A stretch of 64,000 bases of DNA, from positions 2,373,181 through 2,437,180 of the forward strand of contig NW_003314265.1 of NCBI RefSeq assembly GCF_000143415.4, given 5' to 3'. Shown here piece after piece: positions 1 through 12,697 of the stretch. The translations under genes and the position numbers were made by a program. Below the pieces are notes generated by a model. That model was not told the origin of the DNA. It worked only from the letters and a program-made list of their open reading frames with translations, and did no database searches. Each line of letters starts with the position of its first letter. The stretch's first letter is position 1. This DNA is from Selaginella moellendorffii (Eukaryota > Plantae > Lycopodiophyta).

Positions 1-128
1 AGATCCTGGAGGGCAAAGCGGAGGCGCCGGCGCCGCCATTTCCAGAAGCTGGAGAGAATGATCTGGCGAGAATGATCGCTTTAGTTCGCTTATTTAATAT
101 TAATTTTTTGAATAAAATAATTAGATAA
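1..128 (+). CDS. 3' end of a G-type lectin S-receptor-like kinase paralog, truncated by the window edge; intact or pseudogene status unknown
   Basis: Frame from nt 3 reads ILEGKAEAPAPPFPEAGENDL...*, nearly identical to the C-terminus of the kinase at 60109-60173 (ILEGKAEAPAPPFPDAGEGN*). Confidence 0.75.
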   Translation, partial: ILEGKAEAPAPPFPEAGENDLARMIALVRLFNINFLNKIIR

Positions 129-1240
129 AAATAATAAGTAGATTATGATGGTATAATTTATACCAAGTGAAATCATTTTAATTCACCATTGCAATTTATA
201 AAGGGACTATAGTGAGAAGTGAGCATTTATTTTGGTGGTATTTCATTCACATCTCAAATAGAACAAAGTAAATGGAATAACATAAAATATAGGTGTTTGT
301 GATCTTTATGTTTTGGCTATCATTTTTTCGTTATCTTAGTTTTGGTTAAGGATATATGATCTTAAGCCAAACCCAAGCTTAACCCGTGTAGCCAGCTTGC
401 TATTGCTGGGCTTAATTCTATATTGAAGGTATTAAGCCCTTCAAAAGTGACAAAGATAGAAATTCTTTTCTTCCTGGAAGTTCTCCACAACCATGTCAGT
501 GGCATTAAACTTTTATGGACTTCTAAAAAGAATATGATCTAGCTGTTGAAAATAACTAGACTAAGAGGTGTTGACCAAACTTAAACAATTGCAACATTTT
601 TGGTGTGGAAATCCACACTATTTCCACAAAAAACATCCAAGGACACAATAGTGATCTGGCTGCTACAAGCACCTACTTTCTTAAGCATTGCAAGAAAGTG
701 TGGGTGATGGAAGATGAAGAAACCATTGCTTGGCAGCCTTGTTGCACCAAGGTGAGTGATCTTCTTTAATATATTATTTCCTTTGACCCTGATGACCTTG
801 AAAATTATGTTTTAAGAATATTCTTTTGGACCATAATTCAAAAGTATAAAGGTTAAAGGTTAAAAAGAGATTTACAGCTGACACATAGATTGCACAAAAG
901 ACTTTTACCTTCGGAAAATTGGGGTCCAACACCAAAGAGTAACGTCATAGAGATCTAGGTGGGATGCTTGATGTTAACACATGTACCATCTCTCCAGATG
1001 CCCATGCGGCATAAGGATGGGCATCTAGATAACTTGTATGCAGTAAAGCCTGATCTGTATTAAGGAACAAGGTGTGTTTTCCTAACTCCAAGCATGGTGT
1101 GACACCATGTAGCTTAGTCAGGCACTCAATTTTAAGAATATTCTTTCTTAATCTAGGTGTTAACTACAAGTTTAATCCATTAGTTATGCTAATACTGAGA
1201 TTCTTGAGTATTATTATTATTATTATTGTTATTATTATTT
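1..1240 (+). repeat. Segmental duplication copy 1 (paralog of 60109-61180)
   Basis: Colinear matches such as ggttaaggatat(a/g)tgatcttaagccaaaccc, gttgaaaataactagactaa, aatccacactatttccacaaa and gtgtgggtgatggaaga. Homology ends at a (TTA)n tract. Confidence 0.9.
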
Positions 1241-1410
1241 ATAAGTTTAAGATCATTAGTATAGAAAAAGGAGAAAACATGAGATCACATAAATCAGAAT
1301 ATTTGGGTTTGAAAAAAGTCTAGCAACTGATTAGTTGTACCTTAGATGTTTGACTTAATGCAGTGCAGATTATAAAAGGGCACTCTTTTACCTCATATTA
1401 CCATGTAAGT

Positions 1411-2444
1411 ATGGAAAACAAAACATTTCTCTATTTAATTTTATTACTTGCAATCATTCTGAAAAATGAGAATTTTTGTGCTGCCACTACAAGTATCAAA
1501 GTGGATGGCTATGTTTATTGTACTAACTGTGGTTCACTCTCTCAGAGTGGCATCTTCAGTAAGAAAAATTATCTATCTTTTGTATTTTTCTAATCTTGTT
1601 AAATCTTTCAGATGCCAAGGTAAACCTGGTTTGTCCAGGAGACAGTCATTCATCATTTACAAATAGTAGAGGATACTTTGATATCTTTGAATTAGTGAAG
1701 ACTGGAACAGATATTGGGAGTTGTCGAGTGAGTGTGGATCCAAGTAGAGCACCCCGGGGGTGTTCTTTCTTAACAGACATAAATGGTGGATCAAGTGGCC
1801 AATCCTTAAGCACATGCACCAATAATGGAAATAATAAGTTCACTTGTGGACCTTATTATTTTACTCCAAATGCTTGTTCACCTCCACCACCACCAAGTTC
1901 TCCACCTCCACCACCACCTAGAAAACCACCACCACCACCCCCTAGAAGACCACCCCCACCACCAACAACAACACCTCCACCACCACCACCTAGAACACCT
2001 CCACCACCACCACCAAAAACACCTCCTCCACCACCACCTAGAACTCCTCCACCACCACCACCAAGAACACCGCCACCACCACCACCAAGAACTCCTCCTC
2101 CCCCACCACCTAGAACACCTCCTCCCCCACCACCAAGAACACCTCCACCGCCACTGCCAAGAACACCTCCACCCCCACCACCAAGAACTCCTCCTCCCCC
2201 ACCACCAAGAAAACCTCCACCACCACCACCAAGAACACCTCCACCACCACCTCCAAGAAAACCTCCGCCACCACCACCAAGAACACCTCCTCCACCACCG
2301 CCAAGAACACCACCACCCTCACCAACACCAGCACCTTCACTTTCACCAACACCACCACCACTATCACCACCTCTATCATCACCACCAGCACCACCACCAG
2401 AATCACCACCATTAGAACCAGGCCCAACTTCTACACCATCATGA
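1411..2444 (+). CDS. Secreted Pollen Ole e 1-domain / proline-rich (extensin-like) cell-wall protein; exons 1411-1558 and 1612-2444
   Basis: Signal peptide MENKTFLYLILLLAIIL. Ole e 1 motifs VDGYVYCTNC, AKVNLVC, TNSRGYF, CRVSV..S....C and DING. A 53-bp GT-AG intron (1559-1611) keeps the frame. C-terminal (R/K)TPPPPPP repeats. Confidence 0.85.
1881..2410 (+). repeat. Coding tandem repeat with a 24-bp unit encoding R-T/K-P6
   Basis: Repeated ccaccaccaccaagaacacctcc units, seen in the translation as repeated RTPPPPPP/RKPPPPPP. Confidence 0.9.
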
Positions 2445-3648
2445 TTGCTGTAAGTTCATAAAGACATAATAAAGACATGACCTTAAGTTCCACTTATTTA
2501 GTAACTCATGTGTTTGTTTTCATATAAAGTTTAGAGTAGAGTTTTTTATGCAGAGTTTTATTGAAAGACAAGAGAATCAAGAGTTCTAATGAATGAAATG
2601 AAAGAAAATCTTACCTTTCTTTCTTTTTCTCAAGTTCATCACTGCACCCTACAGTACAAGCAGGACATCAGAGAATTGCCAATCTTATATGATAGGAGAT
2701 CATATCACTCAACATAGTGCACAAGTATTGAAAGAAATACTTTAAAACCAATTCATTTATTTACTTTATAAACCAGTATAGAGATTAAGTAGATTTTCTT
2801 AAAATATTTGTTATTTCCTTAAAATTAAATTATAAGATAGGTGTATCGTTACGATACTAATATAAGCATAGTAGAGCTATCAGATTAGTTTCAATCTAGA
2901 CCATTTACTTTTACATATAAACTAGGTTTTTGGGCTAATCAAATATGCACAATTCTATATTACATTCACTTATATTAGTTGAGGTGTTTAGATCTTTTTT
3001 ATTTTTTTGTTTTTGCTTTTTCAATTTTCTTTTTGTTCATTTTCATGACAAAATAATATACTCCTCCTTTGACTCGAAAGTGGCAATTAGTGCAATTGTT
3101 CGATGTTATGCAATTACAATTGATTAATCATATTCAAGTGATAATGGCATTCATAGCACATGGTGTAACTCCTCCTGATCTTATTGCATCTCTTACTATT
3201 GATCTCTTGGTAAATTTTTTTTCGTGGAAATCCTAGAGATGATGTGTACTATTAGTTTGATCATTTTACAGTGATTGCCACCTATTATTCTTGGGATGAT
3301 ACCTAGTGTCTATACGAGTTCTCTACATGTTTGCAAGAGACAATATTGCAGTGGTATAATGGTTTGAGTGTAACCACTTGTATACATTGGAGCCTTTTCT
3401 CAAATGTCTTCAAATGTTCATTTGGACATGCTAATAATTGTGATAATGCCATAATTGCATTGTTTCTATTAGGGGTTGTCTAAATTAATTATTTAAATTG
3501 ATGTTTACTTCTAGAGTTTCTTAGTTCATATAGAGACAAATATATTGGAGTGAATCAAGTTGGGTAGTTCATCTTTAGCTCCACTTTGAAATTTACAAAT
3601 TGGTGTCTTATAGTGATATCTCATAGTGTTATGCCAGTCAAAGAGTAT

Positions 3649-4198
3649 TGTCAAGGGTAGCTAGTGTATGCATAAGGCTCATAAGATTCCTTTTCCAATC
3701 GGTTAATGGTCTTGGGATATTTGGGGTTAACCATCTTTGGGTTTGAATAATACTGAGTTGGATGATCTTTTGGGAAATCTAAATTTAGGAGTTTACATTT
3801 GGTATTAGAGGGGTCTTGGGTTTAATTCTGTTGGTTGGCTAAATGAATCACACCATATGTTAAGATTGATATCTGGTAGGTCTAGTTTACTCTCGGTTGG
3901 GCTCAACTCGAGGGGTAGGGTGTCAAGAGAGCGAAGTTCGCAGGAGAGCTATGGTTTTCAGCTTCCATTCATGAGGGTGTGAATTTGCAAGGAAGCGGGG
4001 TGGATTGTAAGCAACCAAAAATAATGACTTAAGAAAAAATCCATGGGGTTTAAATATAAAGAGAAAAGGTCCATAAATAAGAGTGCACCCCTTTTTCCAA
4101 TCAATTAAAGGTTTTGAAATATTTGGGGTTAAGCGTCCTTGGGTTTGAATAATACTGGGTTGGGGACATCTTGGGAAGTCTGAATTCATGAGCTTATA
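3649..4198 (+). mobile_element. TRIM-like miniature LTR element: 5' LTR 3649-3797 (internally deleted), PBS ~3800, PPT ~3910, 3' LTR 3921-4198
   Basis: Both repeats start TGTCAAG and share ~110 bp (ccttttccaatc...gggtttgaataatactg). TGGTATTAGAG (tRNA-iMet PBS-like) follows the first repeat and GAGGGGTAGGG precedes the second. Internal region is only ~120 bp. TSD is not clean. Confidence 0.6.
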
Positions 4199-5526
4199 AA
4201 GATCTTGACGAAGTGCTAGCCACAATACACTTAATAGTCGCTTAGGCAAAAGTCCAATAAATGAATTAAAAAGTCTAACTCAAAAAGTTGAGAGTGGGAG
4301 TGAAACTCTTAAAGAAGTGCTTAAGTGTATTACACATGTTATATAGCAGTAGCTGAAGTGAAAGTCTAATAAGGGTAACATATTCAAACTAAAAGCTCTA
4401 ACTCAGAAAATCAAGAGTGGGAGAGGAACTCTTAAAGAAGAGTTTAAGGAACAAGCTCAAAGTGATTGATAACCAAGTTTTTTAACAAAGGGATAAATGT
4501 AGTGCACTTGAATTTGGAGTTGAACTCTAAGCCTGTTGCGCTACAAAATGAGGGTCCAATACAATCCCAAAAGCACCAGCTCTCTGTATCCAACACTTGC
4601 ATGCAAAATGGTGTTAGATAGTGTTTGGCACAATTTTGGTATACCGGTGTCCTAATGCAAGGAGGAGGGTACCCCACCGACTAAAGCAGCATGGAGCTTG
4701 GGCTTAGACCCAAGTCAGACGCAGAACAAAGAGTGACACAGCTCAACAGGAGCCAAACTAATGTCTTAGGTGGTTAAACATGCATTCCAACCACTATCCC
4801 TACTATACATTTGGAACCCCCTATAGCCCCCTTCCCCCGACCTTGAGGAAAATATGCTTTGGGCTTTCACCCCAAACCTCCCTTAGTATCAGGAGTTAGT
4901 TTCTGGGACAAGCTTGAAACTTACTAAATATGGAATGTCCCTAGATTGCAAATTTGGACACGGGACGAACACCATTGTGTTTAGGCCAATCTTTATATTC
5001 CATAAATATGCCAAATGAGTGAATCTAGACACTTTCCATAAATAGCATTTAGGATCAAAATGAGACTAACACAAAGGGCATGATAGCGAAGATGTTTGGT
5101 AGACATGGTAAGTTATCATCCAGCAATATTGAGGGAGTAGTCTCAATACGCGAGGGTTCTTGCCAAGCCAGTGCAAGACAGAGCAAAAAAGAACTAAGAG
5201 CTAGGCCAAGAATGCTCAGCTAGAAACATATAGGAGTTCCTACCTTATGTTCATCTGGCTAAGTATAGTTGCTAAACCTAGTAAATTAACACTTGGACAA
5301 GAGGGGCTACCAAAGGAAACCAACAGTATCAACCTCCTGCCATTATGGCTGTAAAGAAAAAGTGTCCCTAAGAACTGGTTGACAAGTATTTTTTCGATAC
5401 CCAAAGTCATATTTGCGACACTCTCCTCCCTTTGGGGAAGATTGATCTCCTCATCGATACATACCTGAGTTTAGCAAATTGTTAAGGAAAAAACTCCGAA
5501 AGTTAACAGAAAGCACACTATGTGGG

Positions 5527-7150
5527 TGTAAGCCACAAATTTTTCCTTTCCAATTTGCCAACTTACCTCGACTATCTGTCCAACACTACCTTGGCTTTTG
5601 CTAAGTTCCCTTGCCAAGGTTCTCGCCTATGGTACCAGCTCCTACTTGGTTTCAGCTACTCACTGCACGAGCAACGGAGTGTTAGCCATCCATCCACGGA
5701 TTCCCAAATCACTCCCAATCCCCCTCCCCGGGTTAGACTGAACTTAAAGTTCGGCTACACTCCCCGCAAGCATAAGCAGCCAAGCACACCAAGCTTCCAG
5801 GTTCCTAACATCCCTTGGTACCACAAGACTTGATCATGGGACCCTCTAAATCCAAGTCTTGAGTGCAACACTTGCTTCGGGACGCCGGGGCGAAACACCG
5901 TGGCCTAGTGGCCCAGTATGGGTACCTCTACCCCCCCACTTCCATCCCGAAGGAAGGCCCAAGCCCCTAGGAAGGGCGAGGACCAATGAGCCGCATGGTA
6001 CTCAAGTGGGGCACCACTCCACGTGAGCCGGGAGCACCGCAATCAGTTTCCCTTTCGGGAGTGGGAGCTGCTCTTGAGCACTTCCTTGGATGGCCCCTCC
6101 GGCACCAGCCAAGTCCATGCTCACTCCCACCCAATGCCCCTCGGTCCCAGTCTCAACCTCAAGTCGGTTTGGAAGCCCCACTGGAGAGTTCCTTCAAGAC
6201 TGGTTCCTGGACCTCACTATCCCTACTATACTTTTGGAACCCCTTGCAGCCCCCCCCCCCCCTTGGGAGACGCACGCTTTGGGCTTTCACCCCTTGACCC
6301 GTATTAGTATTTGGACTTAGTCTCTGGCTCGATCTTGAACCCGATTTCGGATCCGACTTCGGATTCCGTCTCGGACTTAATCTCGGACTCGATCTTGGAC
6401 CCGATCTCGGACCCGACCTTGGACTCAACCTCAGACTCGGTCTCGGACCCGATTTCAGATCTCGGACTCCGTCTCGAACTCGGTCTCAAACTCGGTCTCG
6501 AACTCAGTCCCCGAGTCGGCCTCAGACTTGATTCCGGACTCTATCTCGAACTTGGTCTCCGAGTCGGTCTTGGACTCGATCTTCGACTTGGTCCCATCCG
6601 ATAAACTCTTTGTCATTTTGGTTATGCTTTCGGGGTTCCTTTAGCCTACGACACCTCGGCAAGTTGGTTCCTTACAACTCCACCACCCATAGAAGAAGTT
6701 CAATACCCACATCAAACGCCTCTCTTTTGATCCTACGACTTGTTGACCATGTCTCATTCTCTTTGGTTGCTTACAGTGGGAAACACACCAACTTAAATGA
6801 GTTATGAAACTACCTCCCCTCTACGTCTAAAAATGTTAAGACTTAGACATCACCGATAAAGAAATGACTAATGGAGTTAGCCACCCTTGTTGCTCTAAAT
6901 ACCACTTGGCTTATAAAGGAATGATACATCCTTGCCTGCAGTGACATAGGGAGAAGGCCAGAGGCCCAACTTCCCTTGAGCAAGAAATCAACTCCGTCGG
7001 GAAGATTTAGATAACTATTATAAACTGGCAGATTAAGTTGTTTACACAGCCATGCCCCTTTTCAAAAATGAGTCATTGAGAGAGAAGTGGGGACTTGTGA
7101 TCAGTTTATAATAGCTATCCCCATGGTTATGGATTAGACCCATGCACCAA
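5527..7150 (-). mobile_element. Truncated LTR element H: 3' LTR 5527-6676 (A-related family) plus adjacent internal sequence
   Basis: TGTAAG...TTACA ends. Followed by actccaccacccata, the complement of the same PPT (tatgggtggtggagt) that precedes the 3' LTR of element D. Carries a hexamer microsatellite and the shared cassette. No partner LTR seen. Confidence 0.7.
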
Positions 7151-7269
7151 AGTGCCAAAGTCAGCCTGCCAAACCTGACCCAAGTTCTAATGAACGAGAG
7201 AAATGAAACTTTGATTTATAGAAATATATTACTTTATTGATTGCAAGATTTATCACAGGGTTTACAAAG

Positions 7270-10200
7270 CTAATCTTTATTACTATTCTCATAGTCCATG
7301 ACAAGTTCACAAGCATAGGTAAGATTACTAAAAGGTTCCCAAGTTGATTCACAAGTCGGGTAACCTTTCCACTTAACTATATATTCCTTCGCATGAGCCC
7401 GTCTCCGAAACTGAGAGTCCAAGATAGACTCAGCTTCATACTCAGGTTCACCATCCATGATCACTAGTGGAGGACGAATGTCCGTAAAGCATTCCACAAC
7501 AGCATGATATGGTGCTAGTAAATTGATATGAAACACATCATATATTTGGGATAACTTATTAGGAAGATCCAACTTATAGGATACATCACCAACTCACTTC
7601 AATACTTGACTAGAACATCATGATGTTCATGCAGAATTAACTACTACAGATCCTTAGAGGGAAGACACAATCTTTCTTGCTTATAGAATATAAGCCCATC
7701 CCAAACTAAGTAGTAAAACTTCACATTGATTTGACTAGCAACTTTCACTGCTTCATTACTAGGGTTCTGCTTCGACAACTCTGCATGGCATAATATTGCC
7801 TTCACCAATGGATCACTTCCATATGAAGCCTGAATGTCCTCTAACTAGTCCGAATTGATTGTCGATATTGCCCAAAACTGAGCTTGACGACTCAATGCAT
7901 TCGAAACAATATTATCTTTACTAGGTTTATATATGATTTCAATATCATATTTAGCAAGCTTCTCTTGCCAATAAGCCTACTTCAGCATAAGGTTAGGCTG
8001 CGTAGCAAAATAGCTTAGTGTGTTATTATCTGTATAAACCTTGGTGTGTCCACCCAAGTAGTGTCTCCAGTGTTCCAGTGCTAACACTATAGCAAACATC
8101 TCTTTCTTGTGTGTTGGCCATCTTCGTTGGGTTTCATTCAATTTCTTGGAATAGAACGCAACGGGACAACCATGTCACCTTAGTGTAACACCAACCGCTT
8201 TGTCACAATCTTCTTGCAATATGGCATCAATAGCATAGCTAGATGCATCACAATACACTTCGAAGGGTTTATCAAGATCTGGGATTTTGAGAACAGGAAT
8301 TGTAGTTAAGATCTCCTTCAACCGTACAAAAGCACGCTGAAAAGTTGGTGTCCAATGAAACGGAGTATTACTCTTTGTTAACTTAATCAACAAAAGAGCA
8401 ATTCTTGCAAAATTGCAGACAAACTTGCAATAGTATCCCGCCAAACCAAGAAAGGAACAAACATCTGATACAGTGGTCAGGACTTCCCAGGCTTTCACCG
8501 CTTCCACTTTCTTTGGATCCACCTCAATTACGCCACCACCAACTATATGTCCAAGAAAGTTTACGCACAATTGTCCAAAAGCACATTTACTTTCCTTAGT
8601 ATATGGTTTGTGTTCATGCAATTTTTGAAACACCAGCTCTAAATGTTTTAAATGATCCTCCAACGTTTCATTGAAGATTAGAACATTATCGATATATAGG
8701 ACAACAAATGCGTCTAAATAATCTCCAAATATTCTATCCATCATAGTGTTGAATGTTGCCGGAGCATTGCATAACCCAAACGACATGATAAGGAACTTAT
8801 AAGATCCATACTAAGTCTTAAAGGTTGTCTTCTCCACATCTTAATTTGCCACCCGTATCTGATGATATCTGGATTGCAAATCAAGCCGTGTAAAATACTT
8901 AGCCTTTAAGAATTGGTCAAATAAGTCATCAATGCAAGGCAAAGGATAACTGTTTTTGACCATGATCTTGTTGATATAAGTAACTAATTTTTCCATTCTA
9001 CTTTAGTCACTTAACCACATCTCCGACCACTAAGAGGAGTCTCACTCACAACCATCATAAGTCCAATTCAAGACTTGGGGCTTGTTAACCCTGAGAATGA
9101 CATCCATGCCACTCAACCTTTGCACTTGGTCCAAGTGCTCCACGTGTCCGATCCCATAACCGACACCCCAAGGTACCACGGAGATACCAGCCCGTTACGT
9201 TGGACCATGCCCATTCACCTTGGTCATATCAGTGATCCAACACCACCTACATTGCAATCCCGTCTCTCAAAGACTGGGCCATCTATCCATGAGTGGTCAT
9301 CCCAGATCCACTCCATAGCATCCTTAGGATGCCGCAGATACAGGGAATAGCCTTCCCCAATATCTCCTTTCCGGTCCCCACCGAGTCCCTTTTTGTCCAT
9401 GGCTGTGTTCACCAACACTGCCGCTGAATCAAGGCCTACAGGCCCAACCACTAAGTCCCACTGTCCTCTGGGACTTCCTCACCATGTGATTGTGTCCTTG
9501 GTCACCACACCAGAGGGCTACTCCTCCTCCTTTCCACAATCTAGGACTTTGGGACAATATTTTGGAACACTGTGGCCTTATGCAGGCCTCATAGGTACTC
9601 TCCCCGCCTTCTGCCTTTGGGTGCTCTAGCCATGGGCTTAGAGTGAGGTTCCGTTGAGCCATGCCAGGTATCCAAGTAGGTAGTGCCCATACTTAGACTG
9701 GGAGCATTGACCATTCGATCTCCTGGGGGAACTAGAGCCAGCTCTTGAACACTTCACCAAGCTACCCTGTTTGTCGGTTCGTATTCACTCTAGCTTTAGA
9801 CTTCCCAATGGTTATCCCATCACCTAGCACCTGGGCACAGCCTTCTTGGGCCAAACTAGCATTTCCTGGCCAAATTGGCTCCATTGGGATCCAACCCCCA
9901 CACTCTCCCTACTATACTTTTGGAACCCCCCACATCCCACAGCCCCCCCCCCCCCCTCCTGCCCGGGGGATGATCGCTTTGGGCTTTCACCCAACTGCCT
10001 GTATTAGTATTCGGACTCGGACTCGGACTTGGACTCACTCTCGATCCCGGTTTCAAACTCGGTCTCAGTCTCAGTCTTAGTCTCAGTTCCATCTCGGGGT
10101 CCATCTCGGACTCCATCTTGGACTCCATCTCAGGTCCATCTCGGACTCAGTCTCGGGTCCATCTCGAACTCTATCTTGGACTCCATCTCAGGTCCATCTC

Positions 10201-10650
10201 GGACTCACTTATTGCTTGCTTCGTGCTTGTTCCTTGAGCACTTCATTGGGAGTTCCACTTTCACTCTCAACCTTTCTAGTTGGAGCTTTTAGTCCAAATG
10301 TGTTACACTCGTTTGGCTTTCTCTTTGGCCACTACCACGTGGCATCCTTCCGACTCCACTTTGGGGCCTAGGGATTTTGTGTCTCACAATTGAGTGCCCG
10401 ATAGTCAATATACATCCTCATGGTTCCATCCTTTTTCATAACAAAAAGGACTGGTGCTCCTTAAGGTGACTTGTTTGGTTAGATATGACCTTTGTCAAGA
10501 AGCTCCATGAGTTGCTTCTTAAGTTCAGCCATCTCCTTGATTTTCAAACGATGTAGAGCTTTTGTAGGTGGTTTAAAACTTAGAATAAGGTAGCTTTAGC
10601 GGCAAATCCTTCAGGAAGATATCCTGATTCCGCGCCAAAAACTCTAATAT
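7270..10650 (-). mobile_element. Decayed Ty3/gypsy chromovirus pol (RT, RNase H, integrase core deleted, C-terminal chromodomain)
   Basis: RT motifs IDYRALNK, FGLCNAPATF and LYIDN(D)VLIF; RNase H YCDASSYAI; chromodomain EYEAESILD...EYIVKWKGY...STWEP. Contains stops and frameshifts and is interrupted by solo LTR 8975-10388. Confidence 0.9.
8975..10388 (-). mobile_element. Family-A solo LTR inserted in chromovirus RT, TSD GTTGA/ATTGA
   Basis: Ends match family A. Removing the LTR and one TSD copy restores in-frame GAC TAT CGG GCA CTC AAC AAG (DYRALNK) on the minus strand. Confidence 0.9.
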
Positions 10651-10680
10651 CTTCTTTGATACAGGATCAACTCTGTCACC

Positions 10681-11690
10681 AATTCAATCTGAGTCACCCA
10701 CACCCTCAGCTTCCATCACTTGAACCCAAAAGGTTTGACATCCTTTCTTAGTTGCTTTTTGTAGCGCATTTTATCTTTCTCCCCTTAAGCCAATTGGAAA
10801 AGGGGCAATTGCTTGATGAGAGAGCTCTTAGTGACTATTTTATCGCCATTTGTCCCCCAAGGTTCCAAGGTTTCACGGTGACAATATATCTAAATCTCAT
10901 CCTATAATCACATGCACTACACTCACCCCCCCTTCAGAGATGTCAATGTTCTCATTGACTATTGACTAATAACCCCTATTGAGCCAAAGGGAACCAGCAC
11001 CTCCATTTTCACATTGAATTTACCAATCCTTTTATTGTGCAGATTAGCTATTTTATGTGAGGCAACTAATCATCCATCCGTACCGTAGTCCCACAGTGGA
11101 TACCTTCATCTATGGATACTCCACACAAGAGGAATGACGTATATATGGATGCCCAATACGTATAATTTCAAATTTTAGGGGTAGGAATTCGATCTAAGTC
11201 ACCCACACCCTCAGTTTCCATCACTTGAACCCAAAAGGTCTGATATCCTTTCTTAGTTGCTTTTTGAAGCACATTTTATCTTTCTCTCTTTAACCAATTG
11301 GAAAAGGGGCAATTGTTTGATGAGAGAGCCTTTAGTGGCTATTTTATCCCTATTTATCCCCCAAAGTTCCAAGGATCCACAGTGATCAGTATATCTAAAT
11401 CTCATCCCAAAATCATATAGATTACTCAGCCCCCTTTCAAAGATGTCAATGTCCTCATTGACTATTGACTAACAACCCCTATTGAACCTAAGGGAACCAA
11501 CACTTCCATTTCCCCACTAAATTTACCAATCTTTCTATTGTGTAGATTAGTTATTCCAGAGAGGCAACTAATCATCCACCCGTACCGTAGTCCCACGGTG
11601 GATACCTTTATCCATAGATACTCCACACAAGAGGAAAGACATACGCATAGATGCCCAATATGTACGATTTCAAATTTTAGGGGTAGGAAT
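10681..11690. repeat. ~505-bp head-to-tail tandem duplication in the 5' internal region of element G
   Basis: aattc(a/g)atct(g/a)agtcacccacaccctcag... begins at 10681 and at 11186; both copies end in ...aaattttaggggtaggaat. Confidence 0.9.
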
Positions 11691-12697
11691 ATACTTTACT
11701 CAAGGGTATATTATATTTTTTAGGTAGTCATTAATTAATGGGAATTGAATCCGTGCCATTTTCTCTGATACTACATGTAATGCACCTGAATTTGGAGCCG
11801 AACTCCAAGCCCGTTGCACTACGAAACGAGGATTCAATACAATCCCACGAGCACCAGCTCCCCGTATCCAACACCTACATGCAAAATAGTGTCAAACAGT
11901 ATCTAGCACAATTTTAGCATACCAATGACCTAATGCGAGGAGGGTACCCCACCGCAACACGAGCCAAACTAATATCTCAAGTGGTCAAACATGCAATCCA
12001 ACCACTATAACCCCCTGAGGAACACATGCTTTGGGCTTTCACCCCAAGCTTCCCTTAGTACCAAGAGTTAATCTTTGGGACAAACTCAAAACTTACTAAA
12101 TATGAAATATTTCTAGATTGTGAATTTGGACATGGGATGAACACCATTGTGTTTAAGCCGATCTTTACATTCCGTAGATATGCCAAATGAGTGAATCTAA
12201 ACACTTTCCATAAATAGCATTTGGGACCAAATTAAGATTAACACAAAGGGCATGATAGCAAGGGTGTTTGGGAAACACGGTAAGCTATCATCTGGCGATA
12301 TTGAGGGACTAGTATCAATACGTAAAAGTTCTTGCCAAGCTAGTGCAAGACAGAGCAAAAGAGAACTAAGAACCAGTCCAAGAATGCTCAACTAAAAACA
12401 CAAAGGAGTTCCTACCTTATATTCATTTGGCTAAGTATAGATGCTAAGCCTAGTAAACTAACACTTGGACAAGAGGGGCTACTAAAGGGAACCAATAGTA
12501 CTGACCTTTTGCTGTCATGGCAGTAAAGAAAGAGTGTCCGTAAGGACTAGCTGACAAATATCTTTTGATACTCGAAGTCACATTCGCGATAATAAAAGAA
12601 GAACAGATACATGGCAAGTATTGAGACTAAGACCAAGACTAAGACCGAGACTGAGTCTTAGATCAAGTCTAAGATGGAGTTTGAGATGGAATTTAAG

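Larger units (their letters stand above)
4498..12591 (-). mobile_element. LTR retrotransposon G (family-B-related LTRs: 3' LTR 4498-5420, 5' LTR 11776-12591), TSD ATAAA
   Basis: Direct terminal repeats with ATAAA on both flanks (4493-4497 and 12592-12596). PPT complement ctctcctccc at 5421. PBS complement ctctgatacta just inside 11776. Confidence 0.85.

Noticed and set aside
789-803. CTGATGA-CCTT-GAAA resembling a minimal hammerhead ribozyme core
   Set aside because: No stems I or III can be paired, and the paralogous site (~60792) reads CTTATGACCTTAAAA, so it is not conserved.
1825-2427. His-rich (1825-2415) and Val-rich antisense (2110-2427) ORFs
   Set aside because: These are alternative frames of the CCA-rich proline repeat.
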